Source: Hypanus sabinus (taxonomy: Eukaryota). Taken from it: a stretch of DNA of 64,000 bases. How positions within the stretch are numbered: the first letter of the stretch is position 1; each line of letters starts with the position of its first letter. The notes under the pieces are model-generated. The model was not told the origin of the DNA, did not search any database, and saw nothing but the letters and a program-made list of their open reading frames with translations. The position numbers and the translations under genes are program-made. The stretch covers positions 33,542,001 through 33,606,000 of the forward strand of contig NC_082707.1 in NCBI RefSeq assembly GCF_030144855.1, given 5' to 3'. Positions 12,031 through 23,680 of the stretch are shown piece by piece.

Positions 12031-12749
12031 AAAACAACAACACACACAAAACACTGGTGGAACACAGCAGGCCAGGTAGCATCTACAGGGAGAAGCGCTG
12101 TTGACGTTTCGGGCCGAGACCCTTCGTCAGGACTAACCAAAAGGAAAGATAGTAAGAGATCTGTAAGTAGTGGGGGGAGGGGAAAATGCAAAATGATAGG
12201 AGAAGACCAGAGGGGGTGGGATGAAGCTAAGAGCTGGAAAGGTGATTGGCGAAAGTGATACAGAGCTGGAGAAGGGAAAGGATCATGGGACGGGAGGCCT
12301 CAGGAGAAAGAAAGGAGGGGGGGAGCACCAGAGGGATATGGAGAACAGGCAAACAACTAAATATTGTCAGGGATGGGGTAAGAAGGGGAGGAGGGGCATT
12401 AACAGAAGTTAGAGAAGTCAATGTTCATGCCATCAGGTTGGAGACTACCCAGCCGGTATATAAGGTGTTGTTCCTCCAACCTGAGTTTGGATTCATTTTG
12501 ACAATAGAGGAGGCCATGGATAGACATATCAGAATGGGAATGGGACGTGGAATTAAAATGTGTGGCCACTGGGAGATCCTGCTTTCTCTGGCAGACCGAG
12601 CTTAGGTGTTCAGTGAAACGGTCTCCCAGTCTGTGTCGGGTCTCACCAATATATAAAAGGCCACACCAGGAGCACCGGACGCAGTATACCAGACCAGCCG
12701 ACTCACAGGTGAAGTGTCGCCTCACCTGGAAGGACTGTCTGGGGCCCTG
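12031..12749 (-). mobile_element. Penelope-like element 3' part with GIY-YIG endonuclease
   Basis: ORF 12399-12725 FTCESAGLVYCVRCSWCGLLYIGETRHRLGDRFTEH...LRLEEQHLIYRLGSLQPDGMN (LVY...YIG). Possible TSD TTGTAAG at 12024-12030 / 12750-12756. Confidence 0.93.
12098..12136 (-). ncRNA. Minimal type I hammerhead ribozyme with intact catalytic core (PLE-associated)
   Basis: Reverse complement UUAGUC-CUGACGA-AGGGUCUCGGCCC-GAAAC-GUC^AACAG: CUGANGA and GAAA boxes, stem II GGG/CCC, palindromic ACGU stem III, GUC triplet. Confidence 0.8.
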
Positions 12750-15029
12750 TTGTAAGTAGTGATTATATATGTAGTGATTACAGTTGTAAGTGAGATTACA
12801 TATGGACTAAATATTTAAAAATACAGAAGTTTCAAACAACATGAGCATTCGTAATTACCGGGTGAATTTCTTAAATTAGTTGTGAATTTCATTGTGCTTC
12901 ATAGTTTTGTGGCATTTGAGTTACCTGTCATGCCAATATAATCGACAAAGCCCATTACATGCTTTGAGTGAGTGACTCAATGGATCCTATGTAATTCTAA
13001 TGGAAAGGGTTGTCATTGTGCACTTGTATCCGACTGAATATTTTACTTCCCATCCATATAATATTGACAACGTTTGTTGTTTTTTCATATTTACTTTAGA
13101 GTTCTCATAAATTGGTACATGTAACTGATACTATACTTAAGGTTTGGAAGGCTTTTTTTCACGTAACATTCCATATTCAAGTGCTTGAAATTGGTCACCC
13201 TCATTACTCTGTAGTTGCCACGGACAGAAGTTGCCTGATTTTGTTCTTGTAATTGATAGACATCATAATGACTTGTTCTATACTTGTAATGGACAGTAAT
13301 TAGTAAGTACATTCTTGGTATAATGCATCTTGTTATAACATTTTAATTGACAGTTTATTTTTTTATATATAATAATCAAATTATTATACATACAACTAAC
13401 ACAAGTTGCTGTTTTCAGTGTAATTGAATTGATGAGATTGTTATCATCTACTTGCGATAAGCAAAGTTGATAATACTATCAGTTTTAAGCATCACATGCC
13501 TGTAATTAACAGGATTTAGTACTAATAGCTCAGATGAATGCACTTGTTTATACTTTCTACATAATTGACTGCACGTTTGCAGTTGCCTCGATCTCTACTT
13601 TTAATGGATAAACACTCAGAAGTATGACTCTCATGCAGTTGTAGGACTTTTATTTGAGATGATTTTGACATGCATGCTTTCATTTTTTAAATCCAAATTC
13701 ATTCTTTGCTGCACACTTGTACGTCATGTGATCGATTATACATTGCATTTATGTTCCAGTAATCAATAAAGATTCTTGCAAATTGTATTGTACACTTGTA
13801 ATTAGTTAGACTGCTTTCCTTTCTACTTGCATTTGGCAGACGGTGTACACACTATATAAATAATTGGTCATTGTGAATGGAGGAAATCTACTTTAGACAA
13901 ATGCTTGTTGCTTTTATTGTGTTACAGTAGTTCGTTTGCTTTATAGAATGTTTTATTTGAGTGGATTAGTGATGAAATATTATAAGGTGCTTGTTTAAAC
14001 AGGTATGTGGTGGGCCACCTTACTGCTGACAAGAGGTTGTGACTATGTAAATCACATACACAAAATTAAAATGTTGGCTAACCTATGATCATAAACATGG
14101 TTGCTGTTGCTGCTGAAACCTTTACTACTTTTATGGGTTGCTGTACTGAAACAAAATGTCTGCGTCAAAAATAAAACAGTATGGAAAAAATACTAGAAAA
14201 ACTCAGTTGGTCAGCCAGAGTCCATGGAGAAATACAAGTCCATTGGTCAATACTTCAATTCAAATACTCAACACCAAAGAAAGGTCTGAAGCATTGGCCT
14301 GACTAACAGTTGCCGCCAGATCTATTGTTCCTTTTCTTTTTAAACTGGCAATTGCTGATGCTCAGTTGAAACCCACCAGCGCTGTACACTTTCCAGGATC
14401 TGTTCCAGATGTAATTTTTTGCTCATGAACTAGTCAGTAAATATTGAGACGCTACACCTTCATTGCAAATGGATGCCACAATTTGTTCCTGTCCTAACAC
14501 AGAGCACGGCATTAGAAACAATATGGTTTTAAATGAGATTAATCCCCCACCTTGGTCAATCCCAATTTAAGTACATGGTGCATAATTAACACTGCTAATT
14601 ACAAGTGCACATTAAGCATGGCAGCTAAGTAGCCCTCGCAATTACAAGTACTTAAGTACAGTAAATAGTTTTTTCAATTACGTGGGCATACTCGGTACAT
14701 TATGCTGGCAAACATAATTACAATGCACACTGAGTGCAGCAACAGTCATGAATTAGCAATCAGGTCTTGAATCTTGGTTGCTTTTTCCTTCAACAGCCAT
14801 TGCTCACTAAGGCCTCAACAGTACTTACATTAGCTAAGCCAATACAAATCAAAGGACCGGGTCAGGATGCAGACCTTGATATCTAGGTGTGCAGTGTGTA
14901 AACCCACACCACAAGCAAGAAATTAACCAGTAATGCATTACTTTTCTTCACTTAGGAGACATCCAAAAGCACTTCACACACAACAATGATCCTTTAAAAT
15001 TAAGTCATTGTTATAATACATGATAGTCA

Positions 15030-15557
15030 ATTCACATTGTGCTCAATTCTGGTCACCTACCTACAGGAAAAGTAATAATACAATTGAAAGAATACAGAGA
15101 AAATTTACAAGGATGTTGTTGGGACTTGTTGACCTGAGTTATAGGGAAAGGTTAGGACTTTATTCCTGGGAGCATAGGAGAAAGAGAGGAGATTTGATAT
15201 TCAAAATTATGAGAGGTATCGATAGGGTAAATGTAAGCAAGTTTTTTTCCACTGAGGTTGGGGTGAGACTAGAACTAGAGGCCAGAGGTTAGGCGTGAAA
15301 GTTGAAATATTTAAGGGGAACCTGAGGAGAAACCTCTTCACTCAGAGGGTGGTGAGAGTGTGGAATGAGCTGCCAGCGGAAGAGGTAAGTAAGAATTCGA
15401 GTGCAACATGCAAGGGAAGATTGAATAAGTACATGGATGGGAGGGGTATGGAAGGCAATGGTTCAGGTACAAGTCAATAAGACTGGGCAGGATAGCAGTT
15501 CAGCACAGACTAGATGGGCTGAAGGGCGTGGTTCTATGCTATCGCAACCTATGACTG
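15030..15557 (+). mobile_element. CR1 3' fragment
   Basis: CAQFWSPTYRK...ERIQRKFTRML...FTQRVVRVWNELP; CR1 3' end. Confidence 0.9.
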
Positions 15558-15784
15558 TATATGCTGTAAAATCAACTGTGAATACAGTGAGATTATCAGC
15601 CTTGTGATGTGTGACACATAAATATTTAACAGAAAGCAAAATTTACATGAGACATGAATGGCCACTTGTAAATCAAAGCAGTGGTTGACATCATTTAACA
15701 TACTATGACTCAAATCATGTGCTTAGAAGCTTCACATCATGCAGGCCAATAACTGCACAGTTCTGCAGACTCACATTCAAGGAT

Positions 15785-15976
15785 TCTATATATTCTCAGT
15801 GTCTTTTTATTTGCACATTTCATCTTCTTTTGTACATTGATTGTCAGTCTTTGTCTGATTATGCATAGTTGTTTGCAAATTCTATTCTATTTCTTTTTTT
15901 CCCTGTAAATAAATGCCTGCAATAAGATGAATCTCAAAGTTGTATACACTTTGATAATAGATTTACTTTGAACTTT
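15785..15976 (+). mobile_element. Rex1/Babar 3'UTR fragment with (TTTGAAC) tail
   Basis: GCCTGCAATAAGATGAATCTC...GATAATAGATTTACTTTGAACTTT; same family as 63022-63670. Confidence 0.7.
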
Positions 15977-16011
15977 TAGTCAGAGGGTCATACAACAGGG
16001 ATACAGGCACT

Positions 16012-16797
16012 TCATAAACATGAGATTCTCTAGATCCTGGACTCCTTGAGCAACGCACACACAACATGTTGGAAGAACTCAGCAAGCCAGGCAGCACCCA
16101 TGGAGAGGAATAAACAATTCCCATTTTGGGCCAAGCATGTTTATCAGGATTTGAAAGGAAGGGAGTTGAAGCCAGAGTAAGAAGGTGGGAGGAGGGGAAG
16201 GAATATAACTTCGCAGATGACAGGTGGTGGTGGGGGGGTAGTGTGGGTGAGTGAGTGGGGGATGAAGAAGTAATAAGAATGCAAGGTGTTGTTCCTCCAA
16301 CCTGATTTTGGGCATTTTCTCCGTTCTGTCCTGTACTCTGTGCAGTTGGTCTTTAAACACCTTCTACATTCTGGATGTTCCTAATTATCTCCCCTAGTTC
16401 CTGCCCAATGCACTCCTAATTTGCCCCGCAACCATTTAATACTCTCCCACAAGGCCCATACTTACCTTATCCATAGGTATCTTAACGTTTAAGGAATTGT
16501 GGCCACTGTTCCCCAATTGCTCATCCACTGAAAGTCCCCATCTCTCCTTTCCCACTCCCCATTCCAGTTACCCTCTCTTCCCTTCTCTTCTTCTCACATA
16601 GTCACCACCTCGTACTGGTCCCCCTCCACGCTCCCTACTCCCATGGTTCATTTCTTCTCCTATTTGATTCCATTTTCTTCTGCCCTTTACCATTACCACC
16701 TATCACCTCCCAGCCGCTTGCTTCAAACCACTTCTCCACCCATAATCCGCCATGCCTGTAACGACCTAGTGAGTTGCTCCAGCATTTTGTGTGTCTG
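16012..16797. mobile_element. PLE fragments in inverted arrangement
   Basis: Minus pLTR and IRLEEQHL motif (16012-16320); plus pLTR ending GAGTTGCTCCAGCATTTTGTGTGT (about 16540-16797). Confidence 0.75.
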
Positions 16798-16849
16798 TTC
16801 AGCAGCAGGCCATTCAGCCCACTGAGGTCACACTGAACATTCAGCATCC

Positions 16850-19654
16850 AGATGAACTGAGAGCTTGGATACATACATGGAATTATGATGTAGTGGCCAT
16901 TACGGAGACTTGGCTGGCACCAGGGCAGGAATGGATTCTCAATATTCCTGATTTCAGTGCTTTAAAAGGGATAGAGAGGGGGTAAACAGGGGAGGAGGGG
17001 TGGCATTACTGGTCAGGGATACTATTTCAGCTACAGAAAGGGTGGATAATGTAGCAGGATCCTCTTCTGAGTCAGTATGGGTGGAAGTCAGGAACAGGAA
17101 GGGAGCAGTTACTCTACTGGGGGTATTCTGTAGGCCCCCTGGTAGCAGCAGAGATACTGAGGAGCAGATTGGGAGGCAGATTTTGGAAAGGTGCAAAAAT
17201 AACAGGGTTGTTATCATGTGTGACTTTAACTTCCCTAATATTGATTGGCACTTGATTAGTTCCAAGGGTTTAGATGGGGCAGAGTTTGTTAAGAGTGTCC
17301 AGGATGGATTCCTGTCACAGTATGTTGACAGGCCGACTAGGGGTAATGCCATACTAGATCTAGTATTAGGTAACGAACCGGGTCAGGTCACTGATCTGTC
17401 AGTGGGTGAGCATCTGGGGGACCGCTCCCTGACCTTTAGCATTATCATGGGAAAGGATAGAATCAGAGAGGACAGGAAAATTTTTAATTGGGGGAGGGCA
17501 AATTATGAGGCTATAAGGCTAGAACTTACGGGCGTGAATTGGGATGATGTTTTTGCTGGGAAATGTACTATGGACATGTGGTCGATGTTTAAGGATCTCT
17601 TGCAGGATGTTAGGGATAAATTTGTCCTGGTGAGGAAAATAAAGAATGGTAGGGTGAAGGAACCATGGGTGACAAGTGAGGTGGAAAATCTAATCAGGTG
17701 TAAGAAGGCAGCATACATGAGGTTTAGGAAGCAAGGATCAGATGGGTCTATTGAGGAATATCAGGTAGCAAGAAAGGAGCTTAAGAAGGGGCTGAGAAGA
17801 GCAAGAAGGGGGCATGAGAAGGCCTTGGCGAGTAGGGTAAAGGAAAATCCCAAGGCATTCTTCAATTATGTGAAGATCAAAAAGATGGCAGGAGTGAACG
17901 TAGGACCGATTAGAGATAAAAGTGTGAAGATGTGCCTGGAGGCTGTGGAAGTGAGCGAGGTCCTCAATGAATACTTCTCTTCGGTATTCACCAATGAGGG
18001 GGAACTTGATGATGGTGAGGACAATATAAGTGAGATTGATGTTCTGGAGCATGTTGATATTAAGGGAGAGGAGGTGTTGGAGTTGTTAAAATACATTAGG
18101 ACGGATGTCCCCAGGACCTGACAGAATATTCCCCAGGCTGCTCCATGAGGTGAGGGAAGAGATTGCTGAGCCTCTGGCTAGGATCTTGATGTCCTCGTTG
18201 TCCACGGGAATGGTACCGGAGGATTGGAGGGAGGCGAATGTTGTCCTCTTATTCAAAAAAGGTAGTAGGGATAGTACAGGTAATTATAGACCAGTGAGCC
18301 TTATGTCTGTGGTGGGAAAGCTGTTGGAAAAGATTCTTAGAGATAGGATCTATGGGCATTTAGAGAATCGTGGTCTGATGAGGGACAGTCAGCATTGCTT
18401 TGTGAAGGGCAGATTGTGTCTAACAAGCCTGATAGAGTTCTTTGAGGAGATGACCAGGCATATAGATGAAGGTAGTGCAGTGGATGTGATCTACGTGGAT
18501 TTTAGTAAGGCATTTGACAAGGTTCCACACAGTGGTCTTATTCAGAAAGTCAGAAGGCAAGGGATCCAGGGAAGTTTAGCCAGGTGGATTTAGAATTGGC
18601 TTGCCTGCAGAAGGCAGAGGGTCATGGTGGAGGGAGTACATTCAGATTGGAGGGTTGTGACTAGTGGTGTCCCACAAGGATCTGTTCTGGGACCTCTACT
18701 TTTCGTGATTTTTATTAACAACCTGGATGTGGGGGTAGAAGGGTGAGTTGGCAAGTTTGCAGATGACACAAAGGTTGGTGGTGTTGTAGATAGTGTAGAG
18801 GATTGTCGAAGATTGCAAAGAGACATTGATAGGATGCAGAAGTGGGCTGAGAAGTGGCAGATGGAGTTCAACCCGGAGAAGTGTGAGGTGATACACTTTG
18901 CCTTGACAAACTCCAAGGCAGAGTACAAAGTAAATGGCAGGATACTTGGTAGTGTGGAGGAGCAGAGGGATCTGGGGGTACATGTCCACAGATCCCTGAA
19001 AGTTGCCTCATAGGTAAATAGGGTAGTTAAGAAAGCTTATGGGGTGTTAGCTTTCATAAGTCGAGGGATGGAGTTTAAGAGATGTGACGTAATGATGCAG
19101 CTCTATAAAACTCTGGTTAGGCCACACTTGGAGTACTGTGTCCAGTTCTGGTTGCCTCAGTATAGGAAGGATGTGGAAAATTGGAAAGGGTACAGAGGAG
19201 ATTTACCAGGATGCTACCTGGTTTAGAGAGTATGCATTATGATCAGAGATTAAGGGAGCTAGGGCTTTACTCTTTGGAGAGAAGGAGGAGGAGAGGAGAG
19301 ATGATAGAGGTGTACAAGATATTAAGAGGAATAGACAGAGTGGACAGCCAGCGCCTCTTCCCCAGGGTGTCACTTCTCAGTACAAGAGGACGTGGCTTTA
19401 AGGTAAGGGGAAGGAAGTTCAAGGGGGATATTAGAGGAAGGTTTTTCACTCAGAGAGTGGTTGGTGTGTGGAATGCACTGCCTGAGTCAGTGGTGGAGGC
19501 AGATACACTAGTGAAGTTTACGAGACTACTAGACAGGTATATGAAGGAATTTAAGTTGGGGGCAGGTTATATGGGAGGCAGGGTTTGAGGGTCGGCATAA
19601 CATTGTGGGCCGAAGAGCCTGTAATATGCTGTACTATTCTATGTTCTATGTTCT
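16850..19654 (+). mobile_element. 5'-truncated CR1 (HER1-like) LINE, 2.8 kb
   Basis: Continuous ORF2 homology, CR1 3'UTR and (TTCTATG)n tail at about 19636-19654; possible short TSD ATCC. Confidence 0.97.
16851..19588 (+). pseudogene. Disrupted CR1 ORF2 (AP endonuclease + reverse transcriptase)
   Basis: APE motifs VAITETW, CDFNFPNIDW, PTRGNAILDLVL. RT motifs [48 protein letters not shown]. Split over several frames by frameshifts and stops (e.g. TAG at 18591 and 19011). Confidence 0.95.
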
Positions 19655-19760
19655 ATCCTTTTATACTAATCCTTCATTCATCCCCATTTTAGTCTCCCCA
19701 TTTTCCCATCAATTTCCCCATTTCCACAACTTGCCTAAGCTCTAGAAATAATTCACAGTA

Positions 19761-19886
19761 ACACATACAAAATGCTGGGCAAAGTCAGGAGGTCAAGCCC
19801 CATCTATGAAAAGGAATAAACAGTTGATTTTCCAGGCTGTGACTCTTCATCAGAATTAGAAAGGGGGGGGGGGGAGGCGGAGAGAA
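19761..19886 (-). mobile_element. PLE pLTR fragment
   Basis: ACACATACAAAATGCTGG...GACTCTTCATCAG (rc CTGATGAAGAGTC, hammerhead box). Confidence 0.75.
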
Positions 19887-20659
19887 GCAATTTACAGTTG
19901 CCAATTCACCAACCAATCTACATAACTTTTAACAACATGCTGCATTTCTCTCTGCTATTAAAATGAAAACATCAGACACCTTTTTTTAAAGTAACCTCTG
20001 CTAATATATGGTAAAGAGGAATTGGACAAAACTGTACCAAGTATTCATATAGTATAATATTTGTAATAAATCTTATATTTATTAAATGTAATAGCCTTCA
20101 AATTTATTTCCTTTTCCTGGAAACAATTACAGGAAAGGAGGCAATAGGCAGGGATGAGGGTGTTTTTCAGTGTCATTCTAGCTGGTGGATTTACAAAGTT
20201 TGTTCCCTTGTTTCAGGGGAAGCACCTGGATCTCATTTAACACCTTTGCATAGAGATTTGGTTGAGATTGGCAATTAACCCTTGCTCCAATTAACACTTC
20301 ATCATGCATTGCCCCCAAATACCAACACATTATGTTGTTACCAGAATGCTCAAACTTCAAATGACGTTCTCTGATTCCACTCTGCCCATTCTTCAGATTC
20401 CGTCAAAGTATCTGAAGTCAGAACAGAGACTGCAAACTTGAGCTTTGTGATGATTTGGTGGATTGGAGTTAAGTATCACGTGCTATGTGTAAGGGATCAT
20501 ATTTCACTATGACCAAGATAACTTCTTGCCTAATTTTTAACAAATTCCAATAAAAATGCAGTAAATCTGCTGTTTCTTCTTGACACTGAAATCCTTCCTA
20601 TCTCATATCAAAGTTGTACCTTCCTCACTCCTTCATCTTACTATATGCCTTACCAAGCA

Positions 20660-21090
20660 AATCAAGGATCAATTATATTTGTGGTATAGATTTACATGTA
20701 TTGGGAATTTGCTTGGATGTTGACACAACATGCAACAACAAACAGCAACATTCAACAATTATGAAGAATAGAGAATTATACAAAGTATAGACTTAAAGAT
20801 CTAAGTGCAGATATGGAATCAAATGTGCATAAATACATAAATGCCAGCATGTATTTACAATGTAAAGGCATTATAAAAAGTGGTTTAGATTGTTGACAGT
20901 ACAGTGCAGTGATGGTGGGGAGTAGAAAGAGGGGGTGGGGGAGCTAACTAGAGTGGTTGATCAGATTAGCTGCCTGGGGGAAAAACTTGGAAGATGATGT
21001 GAAGGTTTATTAAAAATCACCCTATAGTGCTTTCCATAAGGGAAAGTTTGGAAGAGACAGTTTTCTGGGTGTGCAGTGTCCATAAAATTT
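20660..21090 (-). mobile_element. Rex1/Babar-like 3' fragment (old)
   Basis: Reverse complement encodes an HP..CLFQTFPYGKHYR variant of HPxHxLFxxLPSGRRYR, followed by a 3'UTR. Confidence 0.65.
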
Positions 21091-21639
21091 CATAATCATC
21101 AGTATAGTCCACAGCCAGAAATTCCCAATATGGGGTCCATGAACCCTTTGCTTAATGCTATCGGTCCATTGCATAAAAAATGGTCCACAGAAAACAAATG
21201 CCTCTGTACTAGCATTTGCCCAGAAACCTTTAGTGTAGCTTTAATGCTGGTTCCAGTGTGATATGCACTTTGAGGGCTTCTTGAATCTTTGTGATCAAGG
21301 CAGTAGCAACATGATTTCTCAACTGATTGACTGAAGAAGCCTTGTTGCGGAGTCTAAGCCAGGAAATATAGATCACCATGGTCAATTCAATATCAACCAC
21401 ATATACAGAGGATTGACAAATAATTGGGATTAACAAGGGAGGTGAAACATCTCCAAGGATTATAGTCAAGAAGTGTGCAACTCTGCACATGAAAAATGAA
21501 AATGCCAGTGTTGCAGTAGCTATTTGGGAATAAGTTGTACATGTCACATTATTTAAAAAATAATTTACGCTTAAAAGTTGAAGGTCTAACAACTTCCAAT
21601 GTGCCCGGTGGTAATGACCTCAACTTTATGCCTTTATTG

Positions 21640-21925
21640 AGTCACAGAGAGATGCAGCACAGAAACCAGTCCATCAGACCAGTGAGTCAATATCAATCAT
21701 CTACCATCCAGTTAAACTAATCCTACCGTCATCCTTTTCCTAAATTCTCCCATATTCTCAACAACTAAACCCAATTCCTACTGCCCAGCCACAAACAAGG
21801 GGCAATTTACAGTCGCCAATTAATCTAACATTTTTGGTGTGGGAGGAAACCAGAACTTCTGGAGGCATTCCACACAATCATGTGGAGAACATGCAAACTC
21901 CACATGGAAAATGCCCAAGATCGTA
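21640..21925 (-). mobile_element. HE1/V-SINE-like SINE
   Basis: GGGGCAATTTACAG...GTGGGAGGAAACCAGAAC...GAGAACATGCAAACTCCACA and a CR1-like tail. Confidence 0.8.
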
Positions 21926-22009
21926 GTGCACTATAATGCAGATTCTCTACAAGCTGAACCAACGTGTGGTCATTAACCAGCCAAGTCAAGTAAAGTCACC
22001 AATTCATGC

Positions 22010-22307
22010 ATGTGGATAGTATAACACCATTACAGCTCAGGGTGTCAGAATTCGGAGTTCAATTCCAGCGCCATCTGTAGGGAATCACTGTACATCCCCC
22101 CCATGGAAATCATGGGTTTTCCCCAGGTGCTACAGTTTCCCCCCACAGTCCAAAGATGTACAGGGTAGGTTAATTGGTATTTGTAAATTGTCCCAGGATT
22201 AGTTGTGGTTAATCGGGGTTGCCAGGGGTTCCTGGGGCAGCATGGATCAAAGGGCACAAAGGGCCTACTCTGTGCTGTTATCACTAAATTTAAAAAAATG
22301 AATAAAT
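22010..22307 (+). mobile_element. HE1/V-SINE-like SINE, near full length
   Basis: B box GGAGTTCAATTCC, V domain GGGTTTTCCCCAGGTGCTACAGTTTCCCCCCACAGTCCAAAGA, CR1-like 3' end GGGCCTACTCTGTGCTGT and an A-rich tail. Confidence 0.85.
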
Positions 22308-22310
22308 ATG

Positions 22311-22436
22311 TGAAACCCACGCTGACCTAGGGAGAATGTGCAAACTCCATGCACGCGATGCCCAAGATCAGGACTGAACCTGGGTTTCTGGCCCTGTGAA
22401 GCTGTGGCTCCAGTAGCTGTGCCACAGTGATGCCGC
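22311..22436 (-). mobile_element. SINE 5' (tRNA) part
   Basis: GGGAGAATGTGCAAACTCC...GGACTGAACCTGGG (rc B box)...GCTGTGCCAC. Confidence 0.75.
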
Positions 22437-22449
22437 CTATTTAATTTTC

Positions 22450-23680
22450 AGGATGTGGGCTTTCCAGAAAAAGCCGTTGTTCCTTGTCCGCCCCAAATTA
22501 TTCATGAGAAGATGGTGATGAAAGAACTTATCGGACTGCTGATTGGGTAAGGAGTCTGAGGGTTTATTTCTAAATCAGGATTGTACATGACACAGAAGGG
22601 CTGGAAATGGCATCCTCGTGAACAGGTGTACAGCTGTGAGACATGCCAGCTAGTCGAGTGGTGTCGCAGCAACAACGTCAGGAAGACGAAAGAGCTGATT
22701 GTGGACTTCAGGAAGGATAAGACGAAGGAACCCATTCTTATAGAGGGATCAGAAGTGGAGAGAGTGAGCAGCTTCAGGTGCCTGGGTGTCAAGATCTCTG
22801 AGGATCTAATCTGGTCGCAACATATCGATGCAGTTTTAAAGAAGGCAACATAGTGCCTATACCTCGTTAGGAGTTTTGAAGAGATTTGATATGTCAATAA
22901 AAACACTCAAAAACTTCTATAGATGTACTGTGGAGAGCACTTGAGAGGTTGCATCACTATCTGGTATCGGGGGGGGGGGGTCTACAGCACAGGATCAAAA
23001 GAAGCTGCAGAGAGTCATAAATTTAGTCGGATCCATCTTAGGTACTAGCCTACAAAGTACACAGGACATCTTCAGGGAGTGGTGTCTCAGAAAGGCAGTG
23101 TCCATTATTAAGGACCTCCAGCACCCAGGCCATGCCCTTTTCTCACTGTTACCATCAGGTAGGAGGTACAGAAGCCTGAGGGCACACACTCAGCAATTCA
23201 GGAACAGCCTATTCCCCTCTGCCATTGGATTCCTAAATGGAACATTGAACCTTTGGACACTATCTCACTCTTCTAATATATGGTATTTCTGTTTTTGCTC
23301 CATTTTTAATCTACTCAATATACGTACAGTATACCATAATTGATTGATTTATTTTTAATTATTATTTTATTTTGTTTTTTTTTCTTCTATATTATGTACT
23401 GTATTGAACTGCAGCTGTTCAGTTAACAAATTTCACGACACATGCCGGTGATTATGATTTTTATTCTGCTGTCCTTGGAGGTTCTGGATTTAGAAGGTGC
23501 TGATGGGTTTGCCTGGGAGAGTAGGTGTTGTGCTTTTTATTGATGGCAAACACCCCAGCTACTGCCTGTGGAGGAATGAACATTTCAGTTGGTGGATGGG
23601 TTGCTGATCATACAGGCTACGTTTTTTTTTAAACTGCCCAATCTTCTCCAGTGTTTCAACTGAATGAATTCCACAAATCT
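22450..23680 (-). mobile_element. Old CR1/L2-type LINE 3' relic interrupted by Rex1
   Basis: GGATGTGGGC...GAGAAGATGGTGATG before, and GGATTTAGAAGGTGCTG...GTGGATGGG after, the Rex1 insert. Recognised by resemblance only. Confidence 0.5.
22615..23468 (+). mobile_element. Rex1/Babar LINE 3' part
   Basis: LVEWCRSNNVRKTKELIVDFRK...VERVSSFRCLGV; IIKDLQHPGHALFSLLPSGRRYRSL..FRNSLFPSAI; 3'UTR. Confidence 0.92.

Larger units (their letters stand above)
11900..14760. repeat. Cryptic degenerate tandem array, consensus about CACTTGTAATTGACAG
   Basis: Variants at 12021, 13021, 13246, 13281, 13793 and many weaker ones; reverse-oriented copies at 14595-14607 and 14639-14650. Confidence 0.6.
16800..19930 (-). 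mobile_element. HE1-like SINE split by the CR1 and a PLE fragment (pieces 16800-16849, 19655-19760, 19887-19930)
   Basis: CAGCAGGCCATTCAGCCC tail before the CR1; TACTAATCC...CCCATTTTCCCATCAA and GCAATTTACAGTTGCCAATT after it; collinear with the SINE at 21640. Confidence 0.6.

Noticed and set aside
11900-14760. CRISPR-like repeat-spacer interpretation of the array
   Set aside because: Vertebrate context, short highly degenerate repeats, irregular spacing and no cas genes.
17000-18121. 373-aa ORF as a host gene
   Set aside because: It is the APE/linker part of a frameshifted CR1 ORF2.
22010-22080. tRNA gene
   Set aside because: The B box belongs to a SINE head; no cloverleaf, and it is followed by the V domain and a CR1-like tail.
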